Shown here: positions 34,392 through 46,212 of the stretch, piece by piece | How positions within the stretch are numbered: the stretch's first letter is position 1 | Layout of the letters: every line of letters starts with the position of its first letter | NCBI GenBank assembly: GCA_020137815.1 | Contig: CM035362.1 | Location: 3,162,001 to 3,226,000, forward strand | DNA length: 64,000 nucleotides | Direction: 5' to 3' | Source: Hormiphora californensis | Taxonomy: Eukaryota; Animalia; Ctenophora | Notes under the pieces: generated by a model | Seen by the model: the letters and a program-made list of their open reading frames with translations, nothing else | What the model was told of the DNA's origin: nothing | The model's database searches: none | Position numbers and translations under genes: made by a program

Positions 34392-34864
34392 CTCGTCTGT
34401 TATAGGGATAGAGATTTCAGAAGGGGATATATCTGCAAGGATAGACGGGGATTTCAGTAAGCAGAGTGAGAGAAGGTAGAACAAGGCAAGAAAAGCTCAA
34501 ATATATATTTATTTGTACAGTTATAAAACGAATCCGACTCAGTTTTTAGTATTTACTTTTTAATGTATACAGTGTATCAGTATACTATACAGTTACTAAT
34601 AGTAAATACTGATAAAACTGTCGGAGTTGTTTCAAAACTGTACAATGGAAGCCCATAAAATTAACAGCAGAATTCCCAATGGTCGGCATGGCTTCAATTA
34701 CTTACAGCTGCAATTAATTCCCAGGCAATTCTTTAGAGCTGCTGAGTATATTTAGGCAACATGGTACAGCATAACTAAAATAGGTTTCAAATACACATAG
34801 TACTGCATGTTTGTTATGTTCTAACCCTCCGGGCAGGGCGTGGTGACACAGGGTTTGAGCAATA

Positions 34865-36759
34865 CAGGGTGTCCCACTGTCTTTGCATCACCTGCGATAT
34901 TGGGTCATGACCGGGCTCCATTAAACTAACCAAAACTGATCGAAAAATTGGTCAAAATGGTTCTAACAAAAACCAGTGTTCTAGAGAATTGTCTGGCGAA
35001 CATTTTGGTTGCAAGATTGATTTTCCAAGTCTTACCAATCGTCAGATATATGAGGCATAAACTCTTGCCAGTGGCGCGTTATTTCAGATACCTTTCTCCC
35101 AGCGCGCCGCTGGGAGAAGGTAGCTGTAGTTTATCCGCCACTGGCGGATAAACTGGTTTAAATCACGACGACGATCCCGAGGCGTAGCCGAGGGAGAGGC
35201 GGAGGGGTTTAAACCTATAACGCGTCTGTGGCAAGAGTTTATAGGTTATATACCCTGCTTTAGTTGTTTGTTACAAGTATTACACACTAACAAGAGAGAG
35301 AACACTAATCAAAACACACAAAGAGAACTGAGAAACAGTCAAAAACATCTCTCAATTGAGTGTACATTGTTTGGTAACAGTTACTAAGGAGAGAGAGAAA
35401 GAAATAACAAGATATGGGGCATGCCAGACATAACACAGAGGAATTGAGATAGTGAAACAAAAGGGAAGATAAAGAGAGAGTAATTGGCGGAATGTGTTGT
35501 TTCTTTCTCTCCAATTTAGTGTGTAACTCTTCCAAACAGTGTTCCCTCTGTATTTCAGTAAGAACTGATCATTTACACACACTTTGAATGTAACATACTA
35601 CATAGGAGTTAAAAATAAATAACCTGCCAGTGGGAAATAATCTGCCGCTGGACTGGCTGGTTATCGAGAGCGCGCTAGTGGGACTTCTCGCCACTGGCGC
35701 ATTATTTAAGTTAGCAGGGTATATATCGTCGTAAAGTCAAAATTACGTGTTCATGAAATCCGACCGGGGTTCACGTTTTGAAAAATTCACAAGTGCAAAG
35801 TTGCTCGGATCACATTGCATCCCTCATAAGAGTTGTAGGAAATTGTCTGGCGGTCATTTTGGTACCCGGGTTTTTATCCTAACTCAATGTTTAGAGTGTC
35901 TTATGACTGTCTAAAGACGAAATTCAACCAGCATTTTTGAGGGGATCACGTGTCATCAACAAATGGGTAAAATGATTTGAAATTTACAAGAGCTTCATTG
36001 GAATCGTCTAAGGTTCATCTTGATACCATGGTTTTTTTCATAGCTCTACGTTTAAGTTGCGTTATGACTGTAGGAACATGAAGATTTTTCTATGCTGAGT
36101 CTTAGTTGGTATCGGCTCACAACCCCTAATTAGGTGGCTCGGTGTCGTGTGTAATCCCATGATAATCAGCACATATCGTCTCAATTTCATCTAGACACTT
36201 GACAGGGTTGTTATGACGATTTGGCAAGGCCCCTGTTAATGTGTAGGATACGCAAGTGGTCTATCTCAACCCTATCATGCACTAAGCTGTTTGAATAACA
36301 TCTTAGTGCATGATAGGGTTGAGAGCTTCATAACAGGGCAAAATGCAATGCGATACCTGAAATCACTTTTGGGAAAATTCCAGTTCTGACAGTCATAAGA
36401 CATTCTAAACATTGAGCTAGGATAAAAACCCGGGTACCAAAATGACCGCCAGACAATTTCCTACAACTCTTATGAGGGATGCAATGTGATCCGAGCAACT
36501 TTGCACTTGTGAATTTTTCAAAACGTGAACCCCGGTCGGATTTCATGAACACGTAATTTTGACTTTACGACGATATATCTGACGATTGGTAAGACTTGGA
36601 AAGTCAATCTTGCAACCAAAATGTTCGCCAGACAATTCTCTAGAACACTGGTTTTTGTTAGAACCATTTTGACCAATTTTTCGATCAGTTTTGGTTAGTT
36701 TAATGGAGCCCGGTCATGACCCAAACTCGCAGGTGATGCAAAGACAGTGGGACACCCTG
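34865..36759. mobile_element. Tc1/mariner-like foldback element with about 370-bp TIRs; left arm interrupted by an insertion at about 35050-35722
   Basis: TA|CAGGGTGTCCCAC ... GTGGGACACCCTG|TA; 34865-35050 plus 35723-35910 is the reverse complement of about 36390-36759. Confidence 0.85.
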
Positions 36760-38051
36760 TACAAGACAAACATGATACATACCATGATGGATGGATTACT
36801 ATTATAAAACTGAAATATACTACTCAATACTCATGTTTACCTGTTTATAGAGTAACAAGAATGGGCAGCAATTGTAGTTAGACTATTCTAGATGTTAGTA
36901 CTTCTAACTTCAATAGATCATCGGAGCTTTATTATTGTTGGTAAACACGGAACAATGACTATATATGACTATGAGCTCCTTTCATTCTCTTATGATCCAA
37001 ACGCTCCTGCCTATAATTATAACACTCAAATGATGTGGGCTTTGAAAGTAAGGCGGAAGTGAGTCTATATATTCCAAGGAAAATATATTGCCTGTTCGAC
37101 CTCCTCTCTTTTCACAAAAACACTAGGAGAATAGTACACGAGTAGAATAATTAATGAGAGAGCGGTGCATCTTGGAATACTCGTATAAACCCTTGAAAAA
37201 TAAAATATACATGCAGTTCTAAACCGCGAAATGAAAAAGATTCATTGCACAACATGATGATCACAACTCTGCAGCACAGATCTCTTCCTTGAAAGACTAA
37301 ACAAAGATTTAGGCAAATTAGATTAGAGCAATCTCTCATGTGGAATGTGTTTATGGAAGCCCATATAATAGATGGATTGTCCACAACTGGTACGGTAGAA
37401 CAATGTGCAATAGTACTGGGAAAAGAAAAGGTAGCCCATCCAATTTGGATCCCAAAAACAATAGTCGATCGAAAAACGCATGGAATCGGGAACTATTATA
37501 TGTAATTCATGATTACGATCAGTTATATATTGGTTTTTAAATCTTCACAATCCCAGCGCGGATCTATGAACACACTCGTTAAATATGAAATAGCAAGTGT
37601 ATTATAAACAGTTGCAGTTTTCACAACATGCGAGAGCTGTCACAAGGTAGAGGCTGTACCACACACATATATTGGAGAAAAGGGGGACTAACGACGTGTT
37701 AGATGTTATATATACAGCTACACTTTGTGTATTATTATCTTACACAATGGATGCATAACAAGTTTATGAATAATATTAGTAGTGAATATTACGATATAAG
37801 TAAACACGCTTGCCGCGTTAGGTGCTGTTAGGTAAAAAAAAAGCTAGCAGATTTGAGCAAACCTATTTGTAAGCATGGTAAAACATTTCTTCAAGAGTCA
37901 TTTTTCAAGAGTCAATTATGTAGAACAAAGAGTCTAAAAAGCATCCTTACATTTCAAATGGCACGTTCCAAGGTACATAGCAGCTTCAGTGAAGCAGTTG
38001 AATCAGCTTGGCTTCCGGGATTCGCGGTTTATCCCAAGTGATTTATTGGAG

Positions 38052-38171
<120 letters not shown>

Positions 38172-39104
38172 ATTGGTACTTGAGAGAGAGTTGAGAATGT
38201 AACGTCTTTGAGGGAAGCTGGTTCGTGTATATAATACCCTCTCGGAAACCAATGGCATTCACGGACAGCTAATATCTTTTATATGATCTGTGCAGCTGAG
38301 CAATATATCAAGCTGCTAAAGGAGCTATATTTGCTGATGCCTGGCATGGTATTCCCTGCAGTGGGCTTGCCGAGTTGGCACTTGAAAAAAGAAGAAGAAA
38401 CTGCTTCATTCGCCATAAGAGTCGCAACATTGTATGATCATAAACGCCAGCTATAAGTTATTATTATTAGTTGGTATTAATGTTAAACACACAACAAAGA
38501 GGATCGCTATATGTTCCACATGGGATAATATCAAGGCTAATATATATCAGCATAATATTGAATCCCTCTTGCACCTATCTGTATTAGAGACCAACCGGCA
38601 ACATATAAAGCTATGCTATAATAAAGTTATATAGGTTAGGGTAAACTAATCAGTGATCATCGATTATGGTACGCGAGGGAGAAAGTGTAATTTGATGACA
38701 GATATCGTTTCGTGCGTTCGGATATAAGATATATCGTTAATGTTTTAAATAACTATCTAACGTGCTATAATTACTAATAGAAAGTTCCACAAATTACATC
38801 ATGTAATTCACCACAACAAAGCACTAAGGAAGAAGCTGTTTAGAAATTATGTTTAGAATAGTGATCTGGAATTAAAAACACAGTAAAACTAGGTGTCTTG
38901 GCATGTACTATTTAGGATATATACACTACACTATATATTATATAGTTCTTATAAAACTGTATGTATAAAACACACTGTTCTCTGCACCTGCCTCCACCCA
39001 CATATTGGTACTATTGGGAACTACAGCAGATCTCTTAGATCTTTACACACTATCTCATGTATAGCGTGTAACACACAGCTTGTCAAACCAACATTTGCAT
39101 ATAT

Positions 39105-39213
39105 CAGGAACCGACCGAATCAGGAAATACTGGTCCCTGATTGGCTGATAACCAGTCACGTGACCTAAATAACGAGTTCTGATTGGTTGTTTACTTGTTT
39201 CGGTCAGTTCCTG
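39105..39213. mobile_element. hAT-like MITE
   Basis: 8-bp TSD GCATATAT. Confidence 0.85.
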
Positions 39214-39348
39214 GCATATATTCTTCAGTCGGGGTGATAATGGAGATAGTAATAAAAATATTCATAGATTGACACGCGTCAATCGTCGTATGATGTGTCG
39301 TAAAGAATACCAGGAAATTGACCCATGGTCAAAATAAAGTGGAACCGG

Positions 39349-39441
<93 letters not shown>

Positions 39442-39661
39442 GGAAGGAGAGCGGGAGAAAGAGTGGGAGAGAGAGAGGGAGTGAAAGAGATGGAGGTATA
39501 GGGAGAGAGATGGAAGGAGGCAGAGAGACAGAGAGCGATGGCTATGTGGAACTCTGCAGAGTCTGCTTAAATGTATGACTCAATTCACCACAACTCGAAA
39601 AGTGTAGTTGTCAAAGGCTCAACGAGTGTTTGCCGATGAATTTCATCAAAATACTATAAAA

Positions 39662-39885
39662 CAGGATCTGACCGACACAAGTAAACAACCAATCAGAACT
39701 CAACATTTAGGTCACGTGGCTAGTTACCATTGACCAGTATTTCCTGATTCGGTCGGTTCCTGCTATAAAAAAGCATCAGGAAACGACCGAATCAGGAAGT
39801 ACTGGTCCCTGATTGGCTGATAACCAGTCACGTGACCTAAATAACGAGTTCTGATTGGTTGTTTACTTGTTTCGGTCGGTTCCTG
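39662..39885. mobile_element. Two adjacent hAT-like MITEs in opposite orientation (39662-39762 and 39777-39885)
   Basis: TSDs CTATAAAA and AAAAGCAT/AAATGCAT. Confidence 0.8.
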
Positions 39886-40192
39886 AAATGCATCCCTCCA
39901 GATAGTCCATACCATTATAAATTATCATGTAGATTGTGTCATGTTTGTTGTATAGGATTACCAAATACCAAACACGAGGTAAACCGCCGTATCTTTATCA
40001 ATCGTTGCATTTGCTTCACGGTACTGTAAGTGTAACAAATCATTTTAAATATTTTGAATCACAGTTCGAGATTTTCATCACAGTACCATGACTCACACAT
40101 CATAACAACCCTATTTACTATAGCTGGGAGTTCGATGTGGCGTGACGTGTGTGTGTCCCAGATGTTTACTGTCTCGATATATAGTGCAGACA

Positions 40193-40250
<58 letters not shown>

Positions 40251-41088
40251 GAGAGATAGAGTAGGTAGACGAGAATGATCGGTATCAGTAACTTAGATTT
40301 CTTGGAATGTTGTTTCAATTTCAATGAAATTTTATTGACGTTTACTTTCACATGACGTTCAATTTAACCACGCCCACTGTCCACTTGAAATCACGAGCTA
40401 CATATGATTTTTCCTCTCCTTGTCTCACTCACAGGTGGACAATAGTGAGATCTTACTATGGGAGAGAAAAGTTCTTCACCGCGGCCACAAAGGTTCCTTC
40501 ACTTTGTGAAACTCTCTAGATAAGTGAATCGTCACATGAATTCTAGTATCGTATAGCAACCACCACCTGGGGCCCTGGAATGTTCTTAGTTTTAGTAGTA
40601 TTATCTGATTTCCCATCTTTTCCTTCTTAGACCAGCTATATGAAATTTTCTTCTCTAATTCTCCCTTCCAATTATATGGCGTTTCATAATCTCGCCTCGC
40701 TCGACTTTGCCCAACCACCACCGCACCAGATGTTGAATCCCTTGTAGTGGTAGTCATGGTCTACGTTGTACTGTACTAAATTTAATTCTGATATACCACG
40801 TGAAAAGTGCACGTGTCATTGTAATGACATCATCTGACGTCATTATTCAATTTCACATCAAAATCACCGGCGTGGGATTACGGAGTTGAGAAGTCAGCTG
40901 TTATTACTGATCACTTGAAGTTGAAGAATTGTTCAGGGTCTCATATCAATCCGAATCGTTGAGTAAATTACCTGTAGAGCATAGTCTTATAGTGTGCCCC
41001 CTACACTCACGTGTTTTGGTATCACGTGCTCAGTTGTTAGGTTAACACTCACGATGGATTCTCTCTCTTAGTTTAGTGTTTTCAGCAG

Positions 41089-42334
41089 ATGTTTCATCTC
41101 TTTGTCCTCCTTCTTCTCGGTGTCCTATTGCCTCATCACACCAAAGGTATATATTATTTATTTTAAGCCAAAATAATGGTTTTTGTACACATAGTTTTTA
41201 TTCCAAATGATATACTAGATATTCCAAATACACACCTGATACATTTTCCAGAGTTTTATTCTCGTGCTTGTTTCCAGGGTTACCGAGTTTTATTCTCGTT
41301 CTTGTTTCTAGGGTTACAGAGTTTAATCTCGTTCTTGTTTCCAGGGTTACCGAGTTTTATTCTCGTTCTTGTTTCCAGGGTTACAGAGTTTTATTCTCGT
41401 TCTTGTTTCCAGGGTTACCGGTCGAGGTTCATGTTAACGAAGTTGATGATGGGGTTGTTGACAACTCATACATCGTGGACTGTCTCAGAAATAGTCATTT
41501 ATCCTGGTGGGTAAACGCTATTATAGAGTTTGGTCTTTATCGCAAATCTTAATCTTTACCAGTGATAAAATCGCAAAACAATTAAACAGCCGCGAGCCAG
41601 GTTGAAACTAAGAAACTTTGTTTTTAAATAACAAGTTCATTCTTATGTTGTTCCTGATCCTCGTATCTCTCTTTAGGAAGATTATGAGTCGCTGGAGTGA
41701 CAAGCTAAGTGAAACGTCAAGAGAACAGTTAAAATTGAAAACTGATCTTTGCAGAAGTAAGTTACATTATTTTGTTAATAAGCTGCAAAACGCTACTAGA
41801 CTTTCTAAGCGAACCTTTAGCTTTAAAAGTCTTAGGGTATGTCCTTATATCTTATAACATATGTCTCATATCTCTGTCAATTCACAGAGGAGAAAGGAAC
41901 GCTGGACGCCCACTTGGTTACCCTTTGTACCACCTCTCGGAATGATCACGACTGCACAAAGTTTTTTACACAGTGGCTTGATACCTTCCCCGAGTAAGTC
42001 ATGAATCAGGAAATGCTGGTCCCTGATTGGCTGATAACCAGTCACGTGACCTAAATAACGAGTTCTGATTGGTTGTTTACTTGTTTCGGTCGGTTCCTGT
42101 CATGAATATAATTCAAGTGACCTTCCTATGAATTATACCCTATACGGTATATACGAACAACAATAACAATAACAACCATTTCTTGATCTTTTGATCCTTA
42201 CGGATAGTCGCTCACTTTTTTGGTCAAAGTATATTCATGCTTTTAATCCCAGGTTAAATATCAACGAGGGGGGATGCGGTGCAAAATCTATTCACGGCCA
42301 CGAGCTCATGATGTGTACCTATAACACCAAGTGA
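41089..42334 (+). CDS. 139-aa secreted Cys-containing protein, probably a divergent CAP/SCP/PR-1-like domain
   Basis: Exons 41089-41146, 41413-41506, 41677-41756, 41888-41993, 42253-42334, GT-AG and phase-consistent; signal peptide MFHLFVLLLLGVLL; LRNSH..W..KL and GCG....LMMCTY motifs. Confidence 0.72.
41251..41419. repeat. 34-bp tandem repeat, 5 copies, each containing the splice acceptor
   Basis: GAGTTTTATTCTCGTTCTTGTTTCCAG|GGTTAC, AG ending at 41277, 41311, 41344, 41378 and 41412. Confidence 0.9.
42007..42099. mobile_element. Shortened hAT-like MITE
   Basis: Begins at an internal CAGGAA; 8-bp direct repeat TCATGAAT on both sides. Confidence 0.8.
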
Positions 42335-42541
42335 AGTGATGAAAACACATTTTGAAGATTTGAAGAGGGGAGGATGGAAAACACATTTTGAAGATGGAAA
42401 CAGTGTTGGGAACAGTGAACAATATATACCAAAGCTGTGAAATTATTGTCACTCTATATCTTCTGGTTATTTGTTTTTAACCTTTTCGGAAAGCTTCGTG
42501 TTTGGTGCAGTAAGCAGCTCTTTCCAATGAGCGAAGTTTAA

Positions 42542-44404
42542 CCCTTTGGAGACGATTGGGTCACAGGTGACCCACAACTTTGAACCCGTATTACGGTGGC
42601 AGATTCCGGCCAAGAGTTTTTTAAATCAAGTGAAATATTTTTGTTTGAAGTTTTATAAAAATTTTATTTCAAAATAAAAATATATATGTCGTTAAAATTA
42701 TTGGCCGAAATCTGCCACGCGGGTGGCAGATTCCGGCCAAGATTCTCAAAAAACCTTGGCCAGAATCTGCCACGCACGTGGCAGATTCTGGCCAACCAAC
42801 TAAAACTTGTTTATATCAAAGCGAAAACCACTGTACCCGACTAATTTTGATACGCTGAATCACGTTAGATACTTTTCCAATCCCTCAGAGGTCGGGAAAG
42901 TGTCATAATTGACCATAATTAGGTCTAATTGACCCCACTTACAACTTTTCACCTTAAAACGATAGACGCTTATGTGAAGGCACTTTTCCGACTAATTTTG
43001 ATACGCTGAATCACGTAAGCAACTTTTCCAAGTCCTCAGAGATCGGCAAAGTGCCCTAATTGAGCAATTTAGGCTAATTAGACCCAATTATACCCAATTA
43101 AGGCATTTTCCCGACCTCGGAGGACTTGGAAAAGTTGCTTACGTGATTCAGCGTATCAAAATTAGTCGGAATAGTGCCTTCACATAAGCGTCTATCGTTT
43201 TAAGGTGAAAAGTTGTAAGTGGGGTCAATTAGACCCAATTATGGTCAATTATGACACTTTCCCGACCTCTGAGGGATTGGAAAAGTATCTAACGTGATTC
43301 AGCGTATCAAAATTAGTCGGGTACAGTGGTTTTCGCTTTGATATAAACAAGTTTTAGTTGGTTGGCCAGAATCTGCCACGTGTGTGGCAGATTCTGGCCA
43401 AGGTTTTTTGAGAATCTTGGCCGGAATCTGCCACCCGCGTGGCAGATTCCGGCCAATAATTTTAACGATATGTTTATTTTTATTTTGAAATAAATTTTTT
43501 ATAAAACTTCAAACAAAAATATTTCACTTGATTGAAAAAACACTTGGCCGGAATCTGCCACCGTACCCGTATAGCGTCTTTCTAGACCATATTTGAAAGT
43601 TTTAAATCGTTTCCAGGGTTGAAACATACATTTTTCTAGCATTTTGAGGTCGTTTTGAGCCTCTGAAGTTGTCGACTTTGGAAAACAGGGCTAAAACAGT
43701 GCATTTGGTAGGCAAAATGGGTAGTTTAATGGCCATATATCAAAATTGGTACGAGTATACTTAAAATGGACTTGGAAAATGCAAGAAAAGTGTGTATTTT
43801 ACCCCGGGGTAAAGTTTCAGGGTGATATTCCAAATTTTGTGCCTCTCAGAGGCCTTCAAAGTGCTGGGTCACCTGTGACCCAATCGTCCCCTAATGCTAA
43901 AACAGGAATTTGCATTTTACGAGCATTTCTAAAGGAATGGCCCCCGATAAAAGTCTAAAACGGCATTTTTTAAACAGGTGCTAGCGACTAACCGACTCCA
44001 TCATTGTTATCTCAACATCTTAGAGAGTCGATGAAAAAAATTTTGAGATCCGTGCTCCTTCAGAAAATTTTTCATCTCGGCCAATTTTGAAATTCTAAAA
44101 TCGGCTACAGATGAGATAGAGAGGCCCATAGGGTGTGCAAACTGTGCAGAATGGCTGGGTTTATATAAGTGTTATGAACAAACATAGGGTCTAAAATGAA
44201 CGGTTTTCGAGTTATCGGGCAAAATAGCGGCAAAATCTCAATTCCTATTTTAGCGTTAGGGGACGATTGGGTCACAGGTGACCCAATAGAAATACAGGTG
44301 GTAGAACCAAAATTCTTTGTCCTGCGTTCAAGTAGGTTCAAAGTGAGTGTCTCCAGAAAGTTTTAGAGAATTCTGTCGACAGGGGGCTTATCGTCCCCAA
44401 AGGG
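42542..44404. mobile_element. Non-autonomous piggyBac-like element
   Basis: TTAA|CCCTTTGGAGACGAT ... ATCGTCCCCAAAGGG|TTAA. Confidence 0.8.
42594..43563. mobile_element. About 970-bp near-perfect palindromic foldback element nested in the piggyBac-like element
   Basis: TA|CGGTGGCAGATTCCGGCCAAG ... CTTGGCCGGAATCTGCCACCG|TA; arms about 465 bp. Confidence 0.85.
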
Positions 44405-45810
44405 TTAAATTGCGACACGTGTGGAGTATATCTGATTGGAGCTTGTTGTGCGAATTGTGTTGATGGATCATGGCTAGCACAATATATAGTCAGTCTCACT
44501 ACGACATGGTATATCACACGTATACCCCCAGCAAGATTTATATTTCCAACTGTCGATTACCAATTTCAATGAGTGATTGGATTCCTGATGACGCAATTCA
44601 GCAGCTCTTATATTGCAGATAGCTATAGAGTTCTAGTTGTAGAAAGGGCGTGAATCTCCAGAACTATTTCCACTAATTGGTTCTAGAATCTCCTAATTGC
44701 AGAACATTGCTTGTCAGGTAGTATACTGTGTGGCTCCTGCCAACAACATCGTATATAAATGCCGAATGAAGGAGAATGCATACCCAGCGCATTCCTAGAC
44801 TTTCAATTCAGTGTTTTGATCAGTTTTGGTACTTTTTTCAGTTTAGAACCCCATCTAATTTAGTGTTACAGATGCGGAATGATGATTAGGTTAGGAAAAC
44901 TAGTTAACAATGGACTATGGAGACTATTGTGAAAAGTGAAATGAAGTCTATATATATGGAGACATGTGAAACAATATAGGTCACACAATCCCACTCACAA
45001 CGCACAGCTGTGTTATAAGTTGCTATATAAATAAGTTGTAACAAAAGTTTCAGTAACAGTCATGATGGGACACACAAATATCGAGTTTCACACTTTCACA
45101 ATTCTGAATTGCGTAACGATTGAGGAAGGATCTAGAGGACTCTACTAGGGTATATATTAGGGTTTCTTGTTTCCCATTTGTATGCAAATCGTGCTTCCCA
45201 AATGATCTGCAATCGTAAAGTGTTTCTGGTGTTTCAGTTTGAACCAGCTGTAAATGTTATTGTCCACAATTTGGGATCTTTACTAGCGGAGCCTACCACA
45301 TCATAGCGGGGCTTGCTACCCCAGACAGTCTAGGGTATACCCGGGTAGTGGTACAAACTGAGACTCCGGATTCCTCGAATGAGTACCCATACAAACATTG
45401 TGTCAAAATATCAGAGTGATGGGAGTTAAGATTTGGGAGATATGAGGCTCGGCGTACCATGTCTTTTTTTGGCCCAGGCGGTACAAACAATGCCTTGTTA
45501 TTGTGATCAGAAGCTTCCACCTGGGGTCTAGTTGATGTTAACGTGTAATGTGTATCGAATGATTCGATGTCACCTGTATGGCGGCGCCATACCCCAGTTG
45601 ATTCGACAGTGCGCTCAGATGGGTCGCGGCGCCAGACAGGATGTCACGTGGTCAAGTATTATGGGCAGACGAACAAAGCCATTACTACACACTCTTGGTG
45701 TGTGTGTTCTACTTTTAAACGTAAAGAATCTTTTTATAGTTTGCAGTTTTTATAGTTGGACACTGTCTGTAGTTTAAATCCAAGCTGTGTTTTTCAACTA
45801 TTTGAAATTA

Positions 45811-46212
45811 CAATCGGACCCCTATTTACCGGGCCCTGATTTACACAGGGGATTACGGGGGCGCATTTCACTACACTTTCACCACACAAAACAGACGAGC
45901 GTTTCACGCATGTGACGCGCATGAGCCTTTTGTGTGGTGAAAGTGTAGTGAAATGCAATGCGCAAACCAAACGTCCGGGATCGCGTACGGGCATCTGGTA
46001 GGGGCGATTCTTTCGGGCCCCCGTAATCCGCTGCCTTACCGTGGGCATCCCTATATATTTACCGGGAAAACCCTTCCCCCCGACCACCCCAGTAATTCGG
46101 GGTCACCTTATTTTTACCAGGCAAAACCCTTATCCCACCCGGTAATTCGGGGTCACCTTATTTTTACCAGGCAAAACCCTTATCCCACCCAGTAATTCGA
46201 GGGATCTGACTG
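45811..46212. mobile_element. TA-flanked MITE with a nested GGATTACGGGGG-family element (about 45845-46038)
   Basis: TACAATCGGACCCC ... GGGATCTGACTGTA; the inner element resembles 57731-57960 in reverse orientation. Confidence 0.55.
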
